DNA of 64,000 nucleotides. Source: an uncultured Actinomycetota bacterium (GTDB taxonomy: Bacteria; Actinomycetota; Actinomycetes; Propionibacteriales; Nocardioidaceae). Of the stretch, positions 38,601 through 50,398 are shown piece by piece (the stretch's first letter is position 1; each line of letters begins with the position of its first letter). Where the stretch lies: NCBI GenBank assembly GCA_963721165.1, contig CAVRIE010000009.1, positions 19,800-83,799 on the forward strand, written 5' to 3'. Below the pieces are notes generated by a model, which was not told where the DNA came from, searched no databases, and worked only from the letters and a program-made list of their open reading frames with translations. A program made the translations under genes and the position numbers.

Positions 38601-38620
38601 CCTGTGGACGACGGGATGCG
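38601..38620 (+). promoter_or_regulatory. Motif cctgtggacgacgggatgcg upstream of DUF559 gene 1
   Basis: 18/20 identical to 55185-55204; about the same distance to the start codon (51 vs 50 nt). Confidence 0.65.
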
Positions 38621-38651
38621 GAGGTGATCGCGGCCCGGCATCCTCTCCCGG

Positions 38652-39554
38652 GTGAGACCGGAACAGGCGCTCGTCAGGCTCGGCGGGATTGCAGACACGA
38701 AGACGCTCAGGCGCTTCGCGTCACGAAGACAGATACGGAAAGCCGTGGCCAGCGGCGCGATCGTCCGGGACGCCCGTGGACGCTACTCGCTTCCCTCCGC
38801 GTCTGAGGCCCTCAGAGCCGCCAGTCGGCTGAGCGCTGTGGTGTCGCATGTGAGTGCTGCCCAGGTCCACGGGTGGGAGGTCAAGCATCCACCGGCACTC
38901 CCCACGGTGACCGTGCCTCGCAATCGCCGGGTCGCACCTGAACGGCGAGAGGGGGTGGACGTCAAGTGGGCGCACCTCGCTCCACAGGAGGTTCTGAGCG
39001 GGCGTGTCACGTCGTACGGCCGGACGGTCATGGACTGCGCCAAGCACCTGCCGTTCGACGAGGCGCTCGCCGTCGCGGACTCGGCACTGAGGCACGGCAA
39101 CGTGACGAGGTCATGGCTCATCGAGCTGGCCGGCCGGATGCCCGATCGCCACCGCGAACGCTGCCTTCGCGTTGCCCTCGCTGCAGACCGGCGTGCGGCC
39201 AACCCTTTCGAGTCCGTGCTGCGGGCGATCGGGCTCGACATCCCGGAGCTCGTCCTGGAGCCGCAGGTCGTGATCTCGGGCGAGGAGTTCTCGGTCCGCC
39301 CGGACCTCGTCGACGAGAGGCGAAGGGTCGCCGTGGAGGCTGACTCGTTCGAGTGGCACGGCAAGCGGAAGGCGCTCCACGCGGACTGCCATCGCTACAA
39401 CGCGCTCGCCCTCGACGGCTGGCTCGTGCTGCGGTTCAGCTGGGAGGACGTGATGTTCCAGCCCGACTACGTGCGGCGATGTCTCCTCATGGCCTCCCGC
39501 CGCGTGCCCTTAGAACATGCACTCGGCCGCTCCCAGAGGGACATCCCCGCCTGA
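38652..39554 (+). CDS. AbiEi-N / DUF559 (Vsr-like PD-(D/E)XK) nuclease-domain protein
   Basis: N-terminal wHTH (GAIVRDARGRY); C-terminal RPDLVD..RVAVEADSFEWH..D..RYN.L..GWLVLRFSWEDV. Confidence 0.85.
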   Translation: MRPEQALVRLGGIADTKTLRRFASRRQIRKAVASGAIVRDARGRYSLPSASEALRAASRLSAVVSHVSAAQVHGWEVKHPPALPTVTVPRNRRVAPERREGVDVKWAHLAPQEVLSGRVTSYGRTVMDCAKHLPFDEALAVADSALRHGNVTRSWLIELAGRMPDRHRERCLRVALAADRRAANPFESVLRAIGLDIPELVLEPQVVISGEEFSVRPDLVDERRRVAVEADSFEWHGKRKALHADCHRYNALALDGWLVLRFSWEDVMFQPDYVRRCLLMASRRVPLEHALGRSQRDIPA

Positions 39555-39593
39555 CGCCGTACTGCGCCTGGGACGACTGCATGTTCTGCGGGC
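39511..39593 (+). repeat. 83-bp direct repeat, right copy; overlaps the last codons and stop of the DUF559 gene
   Basis: tagaacatgcactcggccgctcccagagggacatccccgcctgacgccgtactgcgcctgggacgactgcatgttctgcgggc. Confidence 0.92.
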
Positions 39594-39647
39594 TCGGCAA
39601 CCAGCCCGGCAACCAGCCGGCAACCCGGGGCCGGCAGCCCGGCGGGC

Positions 39648-41553
39648 TCAGCCGTTGCGGCGGCTGCGGGCTGCGCTGCGGGCGCGCAGACTCTGGTCGA
39701 GCACGACCTTGCGGATCCGCACCGACTCCGGCGTGACCTCGACGCACTCGTCCTCGCGGCAGAACTCCAGGCACTGCTCGAGCGAGAGCTTCTTCGGCGG
39801 GATCAGCTTCTCGAAGTTGTCCGACGTGGAGGAGCGGACGTTGGTCTGCTTCTTCTCCTTGGTGATGTTGACGTCCATGTCGTCCTCGCGAGAGTTCTCG
39901 CCGACGATCATGCCTTCGTACACCTCGGTGGTCGGCTCGATGAACATCGTGCCGCGCTCCTGCAGGTTGGTCATGGCGTACGCCGTCGCCGCTCCCGCCC
40001 GGTCGGCCACCAGGGAGCCGGAGGCGCGGGAGCGGATCTCGCCGGCCCACGGCTCGTAGCCCTCGAACACGTGGTGCGCGATGCCGGTGCCGCGGGTGTC
40101 GGTGAGGAACTCGGTGCGGAAGCCGATCAGGCCACGCGCGGGCACGAGGAACTCCATCCGGACCCACCCGGTGCCGTGGTTGGTCATCTGCTCCATGCGG
40201 CCCTTGCGGACGGCGAGGAGCTGGGTGATCGTGCCGAGGTACTCCTCGGGCGCGTCGATGGTCAGCCGCTCCACGGGCTCGTGGATCTTGCCGTCGATCT
40301 CGCGGGTGACCACCTGCGGCTTGCCGACGGTGAGCTCGTAGCCCTCACGCCGCATCTGCTCGACCAGGATCGCGAGCGCGAGCTCACCACGGCCCTGGAC
40401 CTCCCAGGCGTCGGGGCGCTCGGTCGGGAGGATCTTGATCGACACGTTGCCGACGAGCTCGGCGTCGAGGCGGTCCTTGACCAGGCGGGCGGTGACCTTG
40501 GAGCCCTTGACCCGGCCGGCGAGCGGCGAGGTGTTGGTGCCGATGGTCATCGAGATCGCCGGCTCGTCGACCGTGATCAGCGGCAGCGCGCTTCGGGTCG
40601 TTGGGGTCGGCGAGGGTCTCGCCGATCATGATGTCGGGGATGCCGGCGATGGCGACGATGTCACCGGGGCCGGCGGACTCGCCCGCCTTGCGCTCGAGGC
40701 CCTCGGTCACGAGGAGCTCGGTGATCTTGACGTTCGACACGGACCCGTCACGCTTCATCCACGCGACCTGCTGGCCCTTCTTGAGGGTGCCCTCCTTGAC
40801 GCGCACCAGCGCGAGGCGGCCCAGGAACGGGCTCGAGTCGAGGTTGGTCACGTGCGCCTGCAGCGGCGCGTCCTCGTGGTACACCGGGGCCGGGATGGTC
40901 TCGATGATGGTCTGGAACAGCGGCTCGAGGTTCTCGCTGTCGGGCAGCCCGCCGTTGTCCGGCAGCTTCAGCGACGCGCGGCCGGCCTTGGCGCTGGCGT
41001 AGACCACCGGGAAGTCGAGTGCCTCGGCGTTGTGGCTGTCGTCGAGCAGGTCCATGAACAGCTCGTAGGTCTCGTCGACGACCTCGCTGATCCGTGCGTC
41101 GGCGCGGTCCACCTTGTTGACGACGAGTACGACGGGCAGGTCGGCGTTGAGGGCCTTGCGGAGCACGAACCGGGTCTGGGGGAGCGGACCCTCGGACGCG
41201 TCCACGAGCAGCACGATGCCGTCGACCATGGACAGGCCGCGCTCGACCTCGCCGCCGAAGTCCGCGTGACCGGGGGTGTCGATGATGTTGATCGTCATCG
41301 CGCCGCCCTCGACGGACTGCGCGGCCTCGCCGGTGTACCGGATCGCGGTGTTCTTCGCGAGGATCGTGATGCCCTTCTCGCGCTCGAGGTCGCCGGAGTC
41401 CATGGCGCGCTCGTCGACGTGCTGGTGCTCGCCGAAGGCGCCGCCCTGCCACAGCATCGCGTCCACGAGCGTCGTCTTGCCGTGGTCGACGTGCGCGACG
41501 ATTGCGACGTTGCGCAGGTCGGAGCGGCTCTTGCGGGTGGTGTTCTCGGACAT
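39648..41553 (-). CDS. typA: Translational GTPase TypA/BipA; +1 frameshift near 40591
   Basis: LRNVAIVAHVDHGKTTLVD, EREKGITILAK, DTPGHADFGGEVER, NKVD, VQGRGELAL, LSLEQCLEF..EDECVEVTP. Confidence 0.96.
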
Positions 41554-41711
41554 GCGGCTGCGAACTCTGCTTTCGGGTTGAGGCTCCGGCGCGACGTCAT
41601 ACGACGGGGTCGGTGTTGCGACCAGGGTGGACGCCGCTGCGGAAAGACACTCCATTCTACCGGCGGGAGGGGCGTGAGCCGAATCGCGCGCTCGTCGTAC
41701 TGTCAGGAGGC

Positions 41712-42686
<975 letters not shown>

Positions 42687-42690
<4 letters not shown>

Positions 42691-43494
42691 GGACCGAGCT
42701 CGCCGGCGGGCGACCTGCTCGTACGGCGGAGCGACCACATGGTCGAGGTGGTGTTCAACCGGCCCGAGCGGCACAACGCGTTCACCAGCGGCACCTACGA
42801 GGGCCTGCTCCAGGTCTGCGCGGAGCTGCACGACGACCACGACGTCCGCGTCGTCGTGTTCCGCGGGGCCGGCGGGCGCGCCTTCGCCGCGGGCAACGAG
42901 ATCTCCGAGTTCACCTCGCTCGCCGACGGCTCCGGCGGCGTGGCCTACGAGGCGAAGGTCGGCCGGGTGCTCCGGGCGATCGCGGAGCTGCCACAGGTCA
43001 CCGTCGCGGCCGTGGAGGGCATCTGCGTCGGCGGCGGACTGGCGGTGGCGACGCACTGTGACCTCAGGATCGCCACGGAGGGGTCCCGCTTCGGGTACCC
43101 GATCGCCCGCACGCTCGGCAACGCGCTCTCCGCCTTCATCGTCTACCGGTGCGCGAGCGTCTTCGGGGAGTCGCTGACCCGCGAGATGCTCCTGGCCTCG
43201 CGCCTGGTCGACGCCGAGAGGGCGTTCAACGTCGGCGCCGTGATGAGCGTGGTCCCGCCGGAGGGGATCGAAGACGAGATCCGCGACCTGGCCGACGGCA
43301 TCGCCGCTGCCTCTCCGATGACGCTCACCGCCACCAAGGAGCAGCTGCTGCGCCACTCCGACACGCTCGAGGTCTCGCCGGCCGACGACGTGGAGCGGCT
43401 CGAGAAGGTCTACGGCGCCCCGGACTTCCGCGAAGGGGTCCGCGCGTTCCTCGCCAAGGAGAAGCCGCGGTTCGGGGAGGGGGCCGGTCGATGA
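42687..43494 (+). CDS. Enoyl-CoA hydratase/isomerase family; start 42687 needs a frameshift, otherwise 42739
   Basis: FNRPERHNA, AFAAGNEI, EGICVGGG, DLRIA, DFREGVRAF. Confidence 0.88.
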
Positions 43495-44267
43495 CCCACC
43501 CGGTCGACGAGCTGGCCGGCCTGCTCGCCGCGAGCCGGCGGGTGACGACGTTCACCGGCGCCGGTGTCTCGACCGAGTCCGGCATCCCCGACTTCCGCTC
43601 GCCGGGCGGCGTGTGGACCCGCTACGACCCGCGGGACTTCACCTTCGACAGGTACGTCGACTCGGCGGAGGTGCGAGCGAGCTCGTGGGCCATGCGGCGG
43701 GAGTTCTTCGCCCGGGACGTCCAGCCCAACCCCGCCCACCGTGCGATCGCCCGGATCGAGTCAGCGGGGCGGAGCCACGGCGTCGTCACGCAGAACATCG
43801 ACGGTCTGCACCAGCTCGCCGGCTCCACGAACGTCGTGGAGATCCACGGCACCGCCCGCGAGGTGATGTGCATCGGCCACGCGCCACGGCACGGGACCCC
43901 GGACGGGTGCGGGTTCACCGCGCCGTACACGTGGGCGTTCGAGCAGGTCGACGCGGGCGACCCCGACCCGAGCTGTCCGCGGTGCGGCGGCCTCGTGAAG
44001 TCCTCGACGGTGTCGTTCGGGCAGGTGCTCCTCCCCGGCGTGGTCGAGCAGGCCACGATGCTCGCGACGACCGGCGACCTGATGCTCGCCGTCGGCTCGT
44101 CGTTGCAGGTGTGGCCGGCCGCGGACCTCCCTGTCCAGGCCACCCGGGCCGGCGTACCCCTGGTGATCGTGAACGACGAACCAACGCCCCTGGACGACCT
44201 GGCGACGCTGGTCGTGCGCGGGCGGGCCGGCGAGGTGCTCCCGGCGGCTGTCGACTCCGTCCTCTGA
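43491..44267 (+). CDS. cobB: Sir2-family NAD-dependent deacylase
   Basis: GAGVSTESGIPDFRS, TQNIDGLH, EIHG, CPRCGG, VSFGQ, GSSLQVWPAA. Confidence 0.88.
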   Translation: MTHPVDELAGLLAASRRVTTFTGAGVSTESGIPDFRSPGGVWTRYDPRDFTFDRYVDSAEVRASSWAMRREFFARDVQPNPAHRAIARIESAGRSHGVVTQNIDGLHQLAGSTNVVEIHGTAREVMCIGHAPRHGTPDGCGFTAPYTWAFEQVDAGDPDPSCPRCGGLVKSSTVSFGQVLLPGVVEQATMLATTGDLMLAVGSSLQVWPAADLPVQATRAGVPLVIVNDEPTPLDDLATLVVRGRAGEVLPAAVDSVL

Positions 44268-44352
44268 CAGCACTCGCCGACTGGGCAGCAGAGGGTTTGC
44301 CCGGTTCGACCCCGGGTACGCCCGCGTTGTCGCGGCACCGGCGAGCGGACCC

Positions 44353-44376
44353 CCCTCAGAACCGGGCTTCTGAGGG
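44353..44376. terminator. Hairpin between convergent genes
   Basis: ccctcagaa-ccgggc-ttctgaggg. Confidence 0.45.
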
Positions 44377-44457
44377 AACACCGGGTGCGGAGGCGCGCTT
44401 TCTAGCAGCAGGGGTCGCGCCTCCGTACCCCCCTTTTCACAGCGCTGCGAACGGGCG

Positions 44458-45222
44458 TCAGTCGAAGACCCGGTGCACCTTGTGCTGGGCGGCCTGGGCC
44501 CGCGGCCGGATCACGAGCTCGTCGATGTTCACGTGCGAGGGCCGGGTCACGACCCAGGCGATCGCGTCGGCGATGTCCTCGGCGACCAGCGGCTCCGCGA
44601 CCCCGGCGTACACCTGCTCCGCCTTCTCCCGGTCCCCGCCGAAGCGGACGACTCCGAACTCGTCGGTCCTGACCATGCCGGGCGCGATCTCGCTGACCCG
44701 CACCGGCTGCCCGCACAGCTCGAGGCGCAGCGTCTCGGTGACGACCTGGGTGCCGTGCTTCGCCGCGGTGTACCCGCCGCCGCCCTCGTAGGCGATCCGG
44801 CCGGCGGTCGAGCCGACGTTGACGACGACGCCGTCGCCGCTGGCGACGAGCGCGGGGAGCAGGGCCTTCGTGACGTTGAGCAGCCCGATCACGTTCACCT
44901 CGTACATCGCGCGCCAGTCGTCGGGGTCGGCCTCGGCGACGGGGTCGGACCCGAAGGCGCCTCCGGCGTTGTTGACGAGCACGTCGAGCCGGCCGCCGAC
45001 CTGCTCCGCAAGGGCGGCGACGTCCCCGGTCGAGGTGACGTCGCAGCTGACCGCCGTGCCCCCGATCTCGTCGGCCAGGGACTGCACCCGGTCGGTACGG
45101 CGGGCGGCGCAGATCACGTGGTACCCCTCGGCGGCGAGGCGTCTCGCCGTGGCGGCGCCGATGCCGCTGCTGGCTCCGGTGACGACTGCGGTGCTGGGGG
45201 AGGTCTGCTGATCGCTGGTCAT
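44458..45222 (-). CDS. SDR oxidoreductase (YdfG-like)
   Basis: TGASSGIG, NNAGGA, YTAAKHG, EIAPGMVRT, RPSHVNIDELVIRP. Confidence 0.9.
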   Translation of the reverse strand: MTSDQQTSPSTAVVTGASSGIGAATARRLAAEGYHVICAARRTDRVQSLADEIGGTAVSCDVTSTGDVAALAEQVGGRLDVLVNNAGGAFGSDPVAEADPDDWRAMYEVNVIGLLNVTKALLPALVASGDGVVVNVGSTAGRIAYEGGGGYTAAKHGTQVVTETLRLELCGQPVRVSEIAPGMVRTDEFGVVRFGGDREKAEQVYAGVAEPLVAEDIADAIAWVVTRPSHVNIDELVIRPRAQAAQHKVHRVFD

Positions 45223-45302
45223 GTTCGGGATTCTTGCAGTCGCGTAGCCCGAGGGCCGGGCAGGGGGTGCGCCCTCGGGGACGAAAAGGCACACTTGTCC
45301 GC

Positions 45303-45749
45303 ATGACATCGAGGAGAATCGCGTCGATCGGGGCCGTCGTGGGAGGCGTCGGCTGGCTTCTCATGGCCGGTCTGATCTGGCTGAGCGGCGGCGACGGCGG
45401 TCAGCTCGGGACGTGGATGTACCAGTTCGGGCTGGCGGCGTTCGCCGTGGGACTGGCAGCCGCGGGGTACACGCTCGTGGAGAAGGCCCCGGTCTGGCTG
45501 CGCGGCATCGTCGCCGTCGCGACGTGCTTCTTCGTGCTGATGGTGTGGCTCATGGTCGACCCGGCGATCAAGGCGCTCTTTCCCGGCGACTCATGGCTCC
45601 ACGAGGCGGTGAGCGAGCTCGCCGCCGGGTTCGCCGCCGTGGTGCTCGGCTTGTGGGAGCAGCGGCGGATCGCCGCGAGGGCCCCCGTCGACCCGCGTGG
45701 GACGCGCCGGGCCGAGCCGCCCGTCCGGGGGCGTCGGGCCGCCCGCTGA
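45303..45749 (+). CDS. Hypothetical membrane protein (4 TM)
   Basis: Four hydrophobic segments, typical codon bias. Confidence 0.7.
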   Translation: MTSRRIASIGAVVGGVGWLLMAGLIWLSGGDGGQLGTWMYQFGLAAFAVGLAAAGYTLVEKAPVWLRGIVAVATCFFVLMVWLMVDPAIKALFPGDSWLHEAVSELAAGFAAVVLGLWEQRRIAARAPVDPRGTRRAEPPVRGRRAAR

Positions 45750-45780
45750 ACGTCGACGGGGTGGTAGACACCACTTTGCC

Positions 45781-45799
45781 TGAGGTAAGGCTTACCTAA
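45781..45799. promoter_or_regulatory. IdeR/DtxR/DmdR1 iron box
   Basis: TGAGGTAAGGCTTACCTAA matches TWAGGTWAGSCTWACCTWA at 18/19 positions. Confidence 0.85.
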
Positions 45800-45811
45800 T
45801 AACCTTGCCCG

Positions 45812-48522
45812 GTGCGTCTCGCCCCCACCGATCCTCTCCCCGCTGCCTGCTCCCGGCTCCGGGCGCGGTGCCGTTCGCGGCCCGGCTCGCGCAGTTCGGC
45901 GACCGGGTCGCGGTGCGTACGTCGGGGGAGACGCTCACCTACGCCGAGCTCGCCCGGCTGGTCGCGCGGCGCGCTGAGCTCCTCGGCGGCACCCGTCGGC
46001 TGGTGCTCGTCGCGGGTGCCAACCGCCTCGACGCGCTCGTCACCTACCTGGCCGCCCTCTCCGCGGGCCATCCGGTGATCCTCGTGCCCGGCGACAACCC
46101 CGGGAACCTCGAGGCGGTCGTCCGGGCCTACGACCCCGACGTCGTCGCGGGACCTGACGGTGAGCTCGCCGAGCGGCGGCCCGGCACCGCCCACGACCTG
46201 CACCCCGACCTCGCGCTCCTGCTGTCCACCTCCGGCTCCACCGGCTCGCCCAAGCTGGTGCGGCTCTCCGCCGAGAACGTCCAGGCCAACGCCGCGTCGA
46301 TCGCGTCCTACCTCTCCATCCGGCCCTCCGACGTGGCGGCGACGACGCTGCCGATGCACTACTGCTACGGGCTGTCGGTCATCAACAGCCACCTGCTCGT
46401 CGGCGCCTCGCTCATGCTCACCTCGCTGTCGGTGGTCGACGGCTGCTTCTGGGACGAGTTCCGTGACGCGGGGGCCACGACGTTCGCGGCGGTGCCGTAC
46501 ACCTTCGACCTGCTCGACCGGGTCGGCTTCGACGCCATGGACCTGCCCTCGCTGCGCTACGTCACCCAGGCCGGCGGCCGCCTCGCGCCCGAGCGGGTCC
46601 GCCGCTACGCCGAGCTCGGCCGGAGCCGGGGGTGGGACCTGTTCGTGATGTACGGCCAGACCGAGGCCACCGCGCGGATGGCCTACCTCCCTCCGGACCT
46701 CGCGCTGACCTCGCCGGGCGCGATCGGCGTGCCCGTGCCGGGTGGGTCGTTCCGCCTGGAGCCGCTGCCGGAGGTGCCGCTGACGCGCAGGGGTGCGCCG
46801 GACGTGGGGGAGCTGGTCTACGACGGGCCGAACGTGATGATGGGCTACGCCGAGTCGCCGGCCGACCTCGCCCTGGGGCGGGTCACCACGTCGTTGCGGA
46901 CCGGTGACGTCGCCCGTCGTACGCCCGAGGGGCTGTTCGAGATCGTCGGCCGCCGCAACCGGTTCGCCAAGGTCTTCGGGCTGCGGATCGACCTCGACGA
47001 GGTGGAGCGGGTGTACGCCGACGAGGGGATGCTCGTCGCGTGCGCCGCGGCCGAGGGCGCCTCGGGGGAGCGGCTCGTGGTCGCGGTCTCCGACGACGCC
47101 GGCCCGGTCGACGTCACGCGGGTCGCGGCCGTGGCGAAGGAGCACGTCGGCCTGCCACCCGGGGCCGTCGCCGTGTGCCCCGTGCGCGAGGTGCCGCGGC
47201 TGCCCAACGGCAAGCCGGACTACCGCGCGGTGGCCGCTCTCGCGGTGGGTCAATACCCAGGTATGTCGGAACTGCTCTCGACGGCGAGCTTGCCACGGGA
47301 GGAGCAGTCCCCGCATCCCTGGTAACTCGCCAGACCCCGGTACGACGGGCGCGCGGCTGCGCGAGGTCTACGCGGAGGTGCTCCGGCGCGACGTCGTCCG
47401 CGACGAGGACACGTTCGTGTCGCTGGAGGGCGACTCGCTGTCCTACGTCGAGATGTCGATCCGGGTGGAGGAGGTGCTCGGCCACCTCCCGCCGAACTGG
47501 CACGTCACGCCGATCGGGGAGCTCGCCCCCCGCGAGGGGCGGGCCCGACCCGGCCGGTCGCTCGAGATGAACGTGCTGCTGCGAGCCCTGGCGATCATCG
47601 CGATCGTCGGCACGCACGCCAACCTCTTCGTCGTCCTCGGCGGCGCACACGTCCTGCTCGGTGTCGCCGGCTTCAACTTCGGCCGGTTCCACCTGACCGG
47701 CGCTCCGCGCGCCGAGCGGGTACGCCACCTCGCGTCGAGCATCACCCGGATCGCGGTGCCCTCGGTCGTCGTCATCGGGGTCGTCGCGGCGTTCACCGAG
47801 GGGCTCGGCTGGCGCAACGCCCTCCTGCTCAACGGCGTCCTGGGGTCGCGCGGTTGGACCGAGCCCGCCTGGCACTACTGGTTCATCGAGGCACTGCTCT
47901 ACACGCTGGTCGCACTCACCCTCGTCATCGCGTTGCCGGTCGTGGACCGGGCCGAACGCCGATGGCCGTTCTGGGTGCCGATGACGCTTTCCTGCGCTCG
48001 GGTTGCTCGACGCGCTACGAGATGGTCGAGGTCATGGGCGGCGACGTCATCCACCGCGCGAACGTCGTGTTCTGGCTGTTCGCGCTCGGCTGGGCGACGG
48101 TGAAGGCCGCCACGACGTCGCAGCGGGTCCTCGTCACGGTCGTCCTGGTCGCGAGCGTCCCCGGCTTCTTCGACGACCTGGCGCGTGACGCGGTCGTCGT
48201 CGCGGGCCTGCTCGCGCTCGTCTGGGTCCGCGCGGTCCGGGTGCCCGCGTGGGCTGCTCGCCTCACCGGCACCCTCGCGAGCGCCTCGCTCTACGTCTAC
48301 CTGGTGCACTGGCAGGTCTACCCGTACCTCGAGGACGAGGTGCCGTGGCTCGCGACGGTGCTGTCCCTCCTCGCCGGCATCGTGGTGTGGCAGGCCGTGG
48401 ACCGGGTCACCCCGCCCGTCGTACGCCTTGCCCGCGAAGCGGCCTCCCGGGGCGTCATCACCGCTGCAACGGTCCGCGAAGAGTGGCGTTGGGGGAATGG
48501 GGAACAATCTCGCGTGGTTTGA
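45812..48522 (+). CDS. NRPS-like adenylation - carrier protein - membrane acyltransferase (AT3-like); frameshifts near 45845, 47250-47330 and 47990
   Basis: A motifs [32 protein letters not shown]; carrier [11 protein letters not shown]; AT3-like [27 protein letters not shown] in ORFs 45805..47325, 46904..48103, 47854..48522. Confidence 0.8.
48494..48519 (+). promoter_or_regulatory. SigR/SigH-type promoter upstream of mshA
   Basis: GGAAT-N18-GTT exact spacing. Confidence 0.7.
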
Positions 48523-48544
48523 CCCAACGGAGGTATGCCGTTTC

Positions 48545-49843
48545 GTGAGCTCTGTGTCCCCAGGCCCGGGCCGTCCCGTGCGCGGCCGCGTCGCGATGAT
48601 CAGCCTGCACACGTCCCCGCTCGACCAGCCGGGGACGGGTGACGCGGGCGGCATGAACGTGTACGTCATCGAGCTGTCCAAGCGGCTCGCCGAGCGCAAC
48701 ATCGCCGTGGAGATCTTCACGCGGGCGACCTCCTCCGCCCTGCCGCCCGTGGTCGAGGCGGCCCCCGGCGTCTACGTGCACAACGTCCACGCGGGGCCGT
48801 TCGAGGGGCTCTCGAAGAACGAGCTGCCGCCGCAGCTGTGCACGTTCGCCCGTGAGGTGCTCCGGGCCGAGGCGGGTCACGAGCAGGGCTGGTACGACCT
48901 CGTGCACAGCCACTACTGGCTCTCCGGCCAGGTCGGCGCGCTGGTCCGCGACCGGTGGAGCGTGCCGCTCGCCCACTCGATGCACACGATGGCCAAGGTC
49001 AAGAACGAGATGCTCGCCGAGGGCGACACCCCCGAGCCGATGGCTCGGGTGATCGGCGAGGAACAGGTGGTCGAGGCCGCCGACATGCTCGTCGCGAACA
49101 CCGACATCGAGGCCAAGCAGCTGATCAACCTGTACGACGCCGACCCCGGCCGCGTCGAGGTGGTGCACCCCGGCGTCGACCTGGGCGTGTTCCGGCCGGT
49201 CGGCCAGGCCGTTGCGCGGGCCCGGCTGGGCCTCCCCGCGGACGCCCACGTGCTGATGTTCGCGGGCCGGATCCAGCCCCTCAAGGCGCCCGACGTCCTG
49301 CTCCGGGCCGTCGCGGTGCTGCTCGAGCGCGACCCGACACTGCGCGACCGGCTCGTCGTGCCCGTTGTCGGCGGCCCCTCGGGCACCGGGCTAGAGCACC
49401 CCGAGTCGCTCGCCCAGCTCGCCACGTCCCTCGGCCTCGACGACGTCGTGCGCTTCGTCCCGCCGGTTGCGCAGTCGACCCTGGTCGACTGGTACGCCGC
49501 CGCGACACTCGTCTGCGTCCCGTCGTACAACGAGTCCTTCGGTCTGGTCGCCGTCGAGGCCCAGGCAACCGGTACGCCGGTCGTGGCCGCAGCCGTGGGG
49601 GGCCTCACGACCGCGGTGCGCCACGGCGTCTCCGGGCTGCTCGTCGAGGGGCACGACCCGGCCGACTACGCCCGCGCGTTCGAGCGGATCCTGCACCAGC
49701 CGGCGTTCCGCGAGGAGCTCTCCGCGGGCGCCGTACGCCAGGCCGCGAACTTCGCCTGGGAGGCTACTGCCGAGCGCACCGTCGAGGTCTACCGCCAGGC
49801 GAGCGCCGCCATGCGCAGCGACCTCGAAGGGATGACCCCATGA
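48545..49843 (+). CDS. mshA: D-inositol-3-phosphate glycosyltransferase
   Basis: [65 protein letters not shown]. Confidence 0.95.
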   Translation: MSSVSPGPGRPVRGRVAMISLHTSPLDQPGTGDAGGMNVYVIELSKRLAERNIAVEIFTRATSSALPPVVEAAPGVYVHNVHAGPFEGLSKNELPPQLCTFAREVLRAEAGHEQGWYDLVHSHYWLSGQVGALVRDRWSVPLAHSMHTMAKVKNEMLAEGDTPEPMARVIGEEQVVEAADMLVANTDIEAKQLINLYDADPGRVEVVHPGVDLGVFRPVGQAVARARLGLPADAHVLMFAGRIQPLKAPDVLLRAVAVLLERDPTLRDRLVVPVVGGPSGTGLEHPESLAQLATSLGLDDVVRFVPPVAQSTLVDWYAAATLVCVPSYNESFGLVAVEAQATGTPVVAAAVGGLTTAVRHGVSGLLVEGHDPADYARAFERILHQPAFREELSAGAVRQAANFAWEATAERTVEVYRQASAAMRSDLEGMTP

Positions 49844-50385
49844 CCGAACCGCTCCAGCAGTCCACGACCGATGAGCAGAAGGCCGCCGCCGCCACGCTCC
49901 GCGAGGTCTTCGACGACCACGAGCTGGAGTGGAAGGAGATCGAGGACGGCATGTTCACGGTCGTCCTCCCCGGCGAGAAGAAGCTCCAGACCCCGTGCCG
50001 CTTCGACGTCGGCGAGCACGCCCTGGGCATCCACGCCTTCGTCGCGCGCCGACCCGACGAGAACCACGAACGCGTCTACCGTTGGATGCTCGAGCGGAAC
50101 CTGAAGCTGTACGGCGTCTCGTTCGCCCTCGACCACACGGGCGACATCTACCTCGACGGCCGGTTGCCGCTCTCCTCGGTGACACCGGACGAGATCGACC
50201 GGCTGCTCGGCGCGGTGCTGTCGTACGCCGACGAGTCGTTCAACACGATCCTCGAGCTCGGCTTCGCCACGTCGATCCGCCGCGAGTGGGACTGGCGCAA
50301 GTCCCGCGGCGAGTCGACGCGGAACCTCGAGGCGTTCCGCGGCTGGCTCGAGCGCGGCGAGGAGCCCCCGCCCCCGTCGGAGTGA
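49840..50385 (+). CDS. YbjN-domain protein (Rv0487-like)
   Basis: [35 protein letters not shown]; ATGA overlap with mshA. Confidence 0.85.
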   Translation: MTEPLQQSTTDEQKAAAATLREVFDDHELEWKEIEDGMFTVVLPGEKKLQTPCRFDVGEHALGIHAFVARRPDENHERVYRWMLERNLKLYGVSFALDHTGDIYLDGRLPLSSVTPDEIDRLLGAVLSYADESFNTILELGFATSIRREWDWRKSRGESTRNLEAFRGWLERGEEPPPPSE

Positions 50386-50398
50386 CCACCGGGCGCCG

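Noticed and set aside
38652-39554. Complete AbiE type IV toxin-antitoxin system
   Set aside because: An AbiEi-like N-terminus is present but there is no adjacent AbiEii nucleotidyltransferase.
38488-39593. Prophage/ICE attL-attR pair or IS element
   Set aside because: Only about 1 kb enclosed, and no integrase, transposase or tRNA target; kept as an unexplained repeat-flanked unit.
40560-40620. Programmed ribosomal frameshift in typA or other split genes
   Set aside because: No slippery heptamer or stimulator is evident, and indels are scattered window-wide; sequencing error is more parsimonious.
43491-44267. SIR2 anti-phage effector (Thoeris/DSR type)
   Set aside because: It has classical deacylase motifs and a Zn ribbon, sits in a metabolic operon, and has no defence partners.
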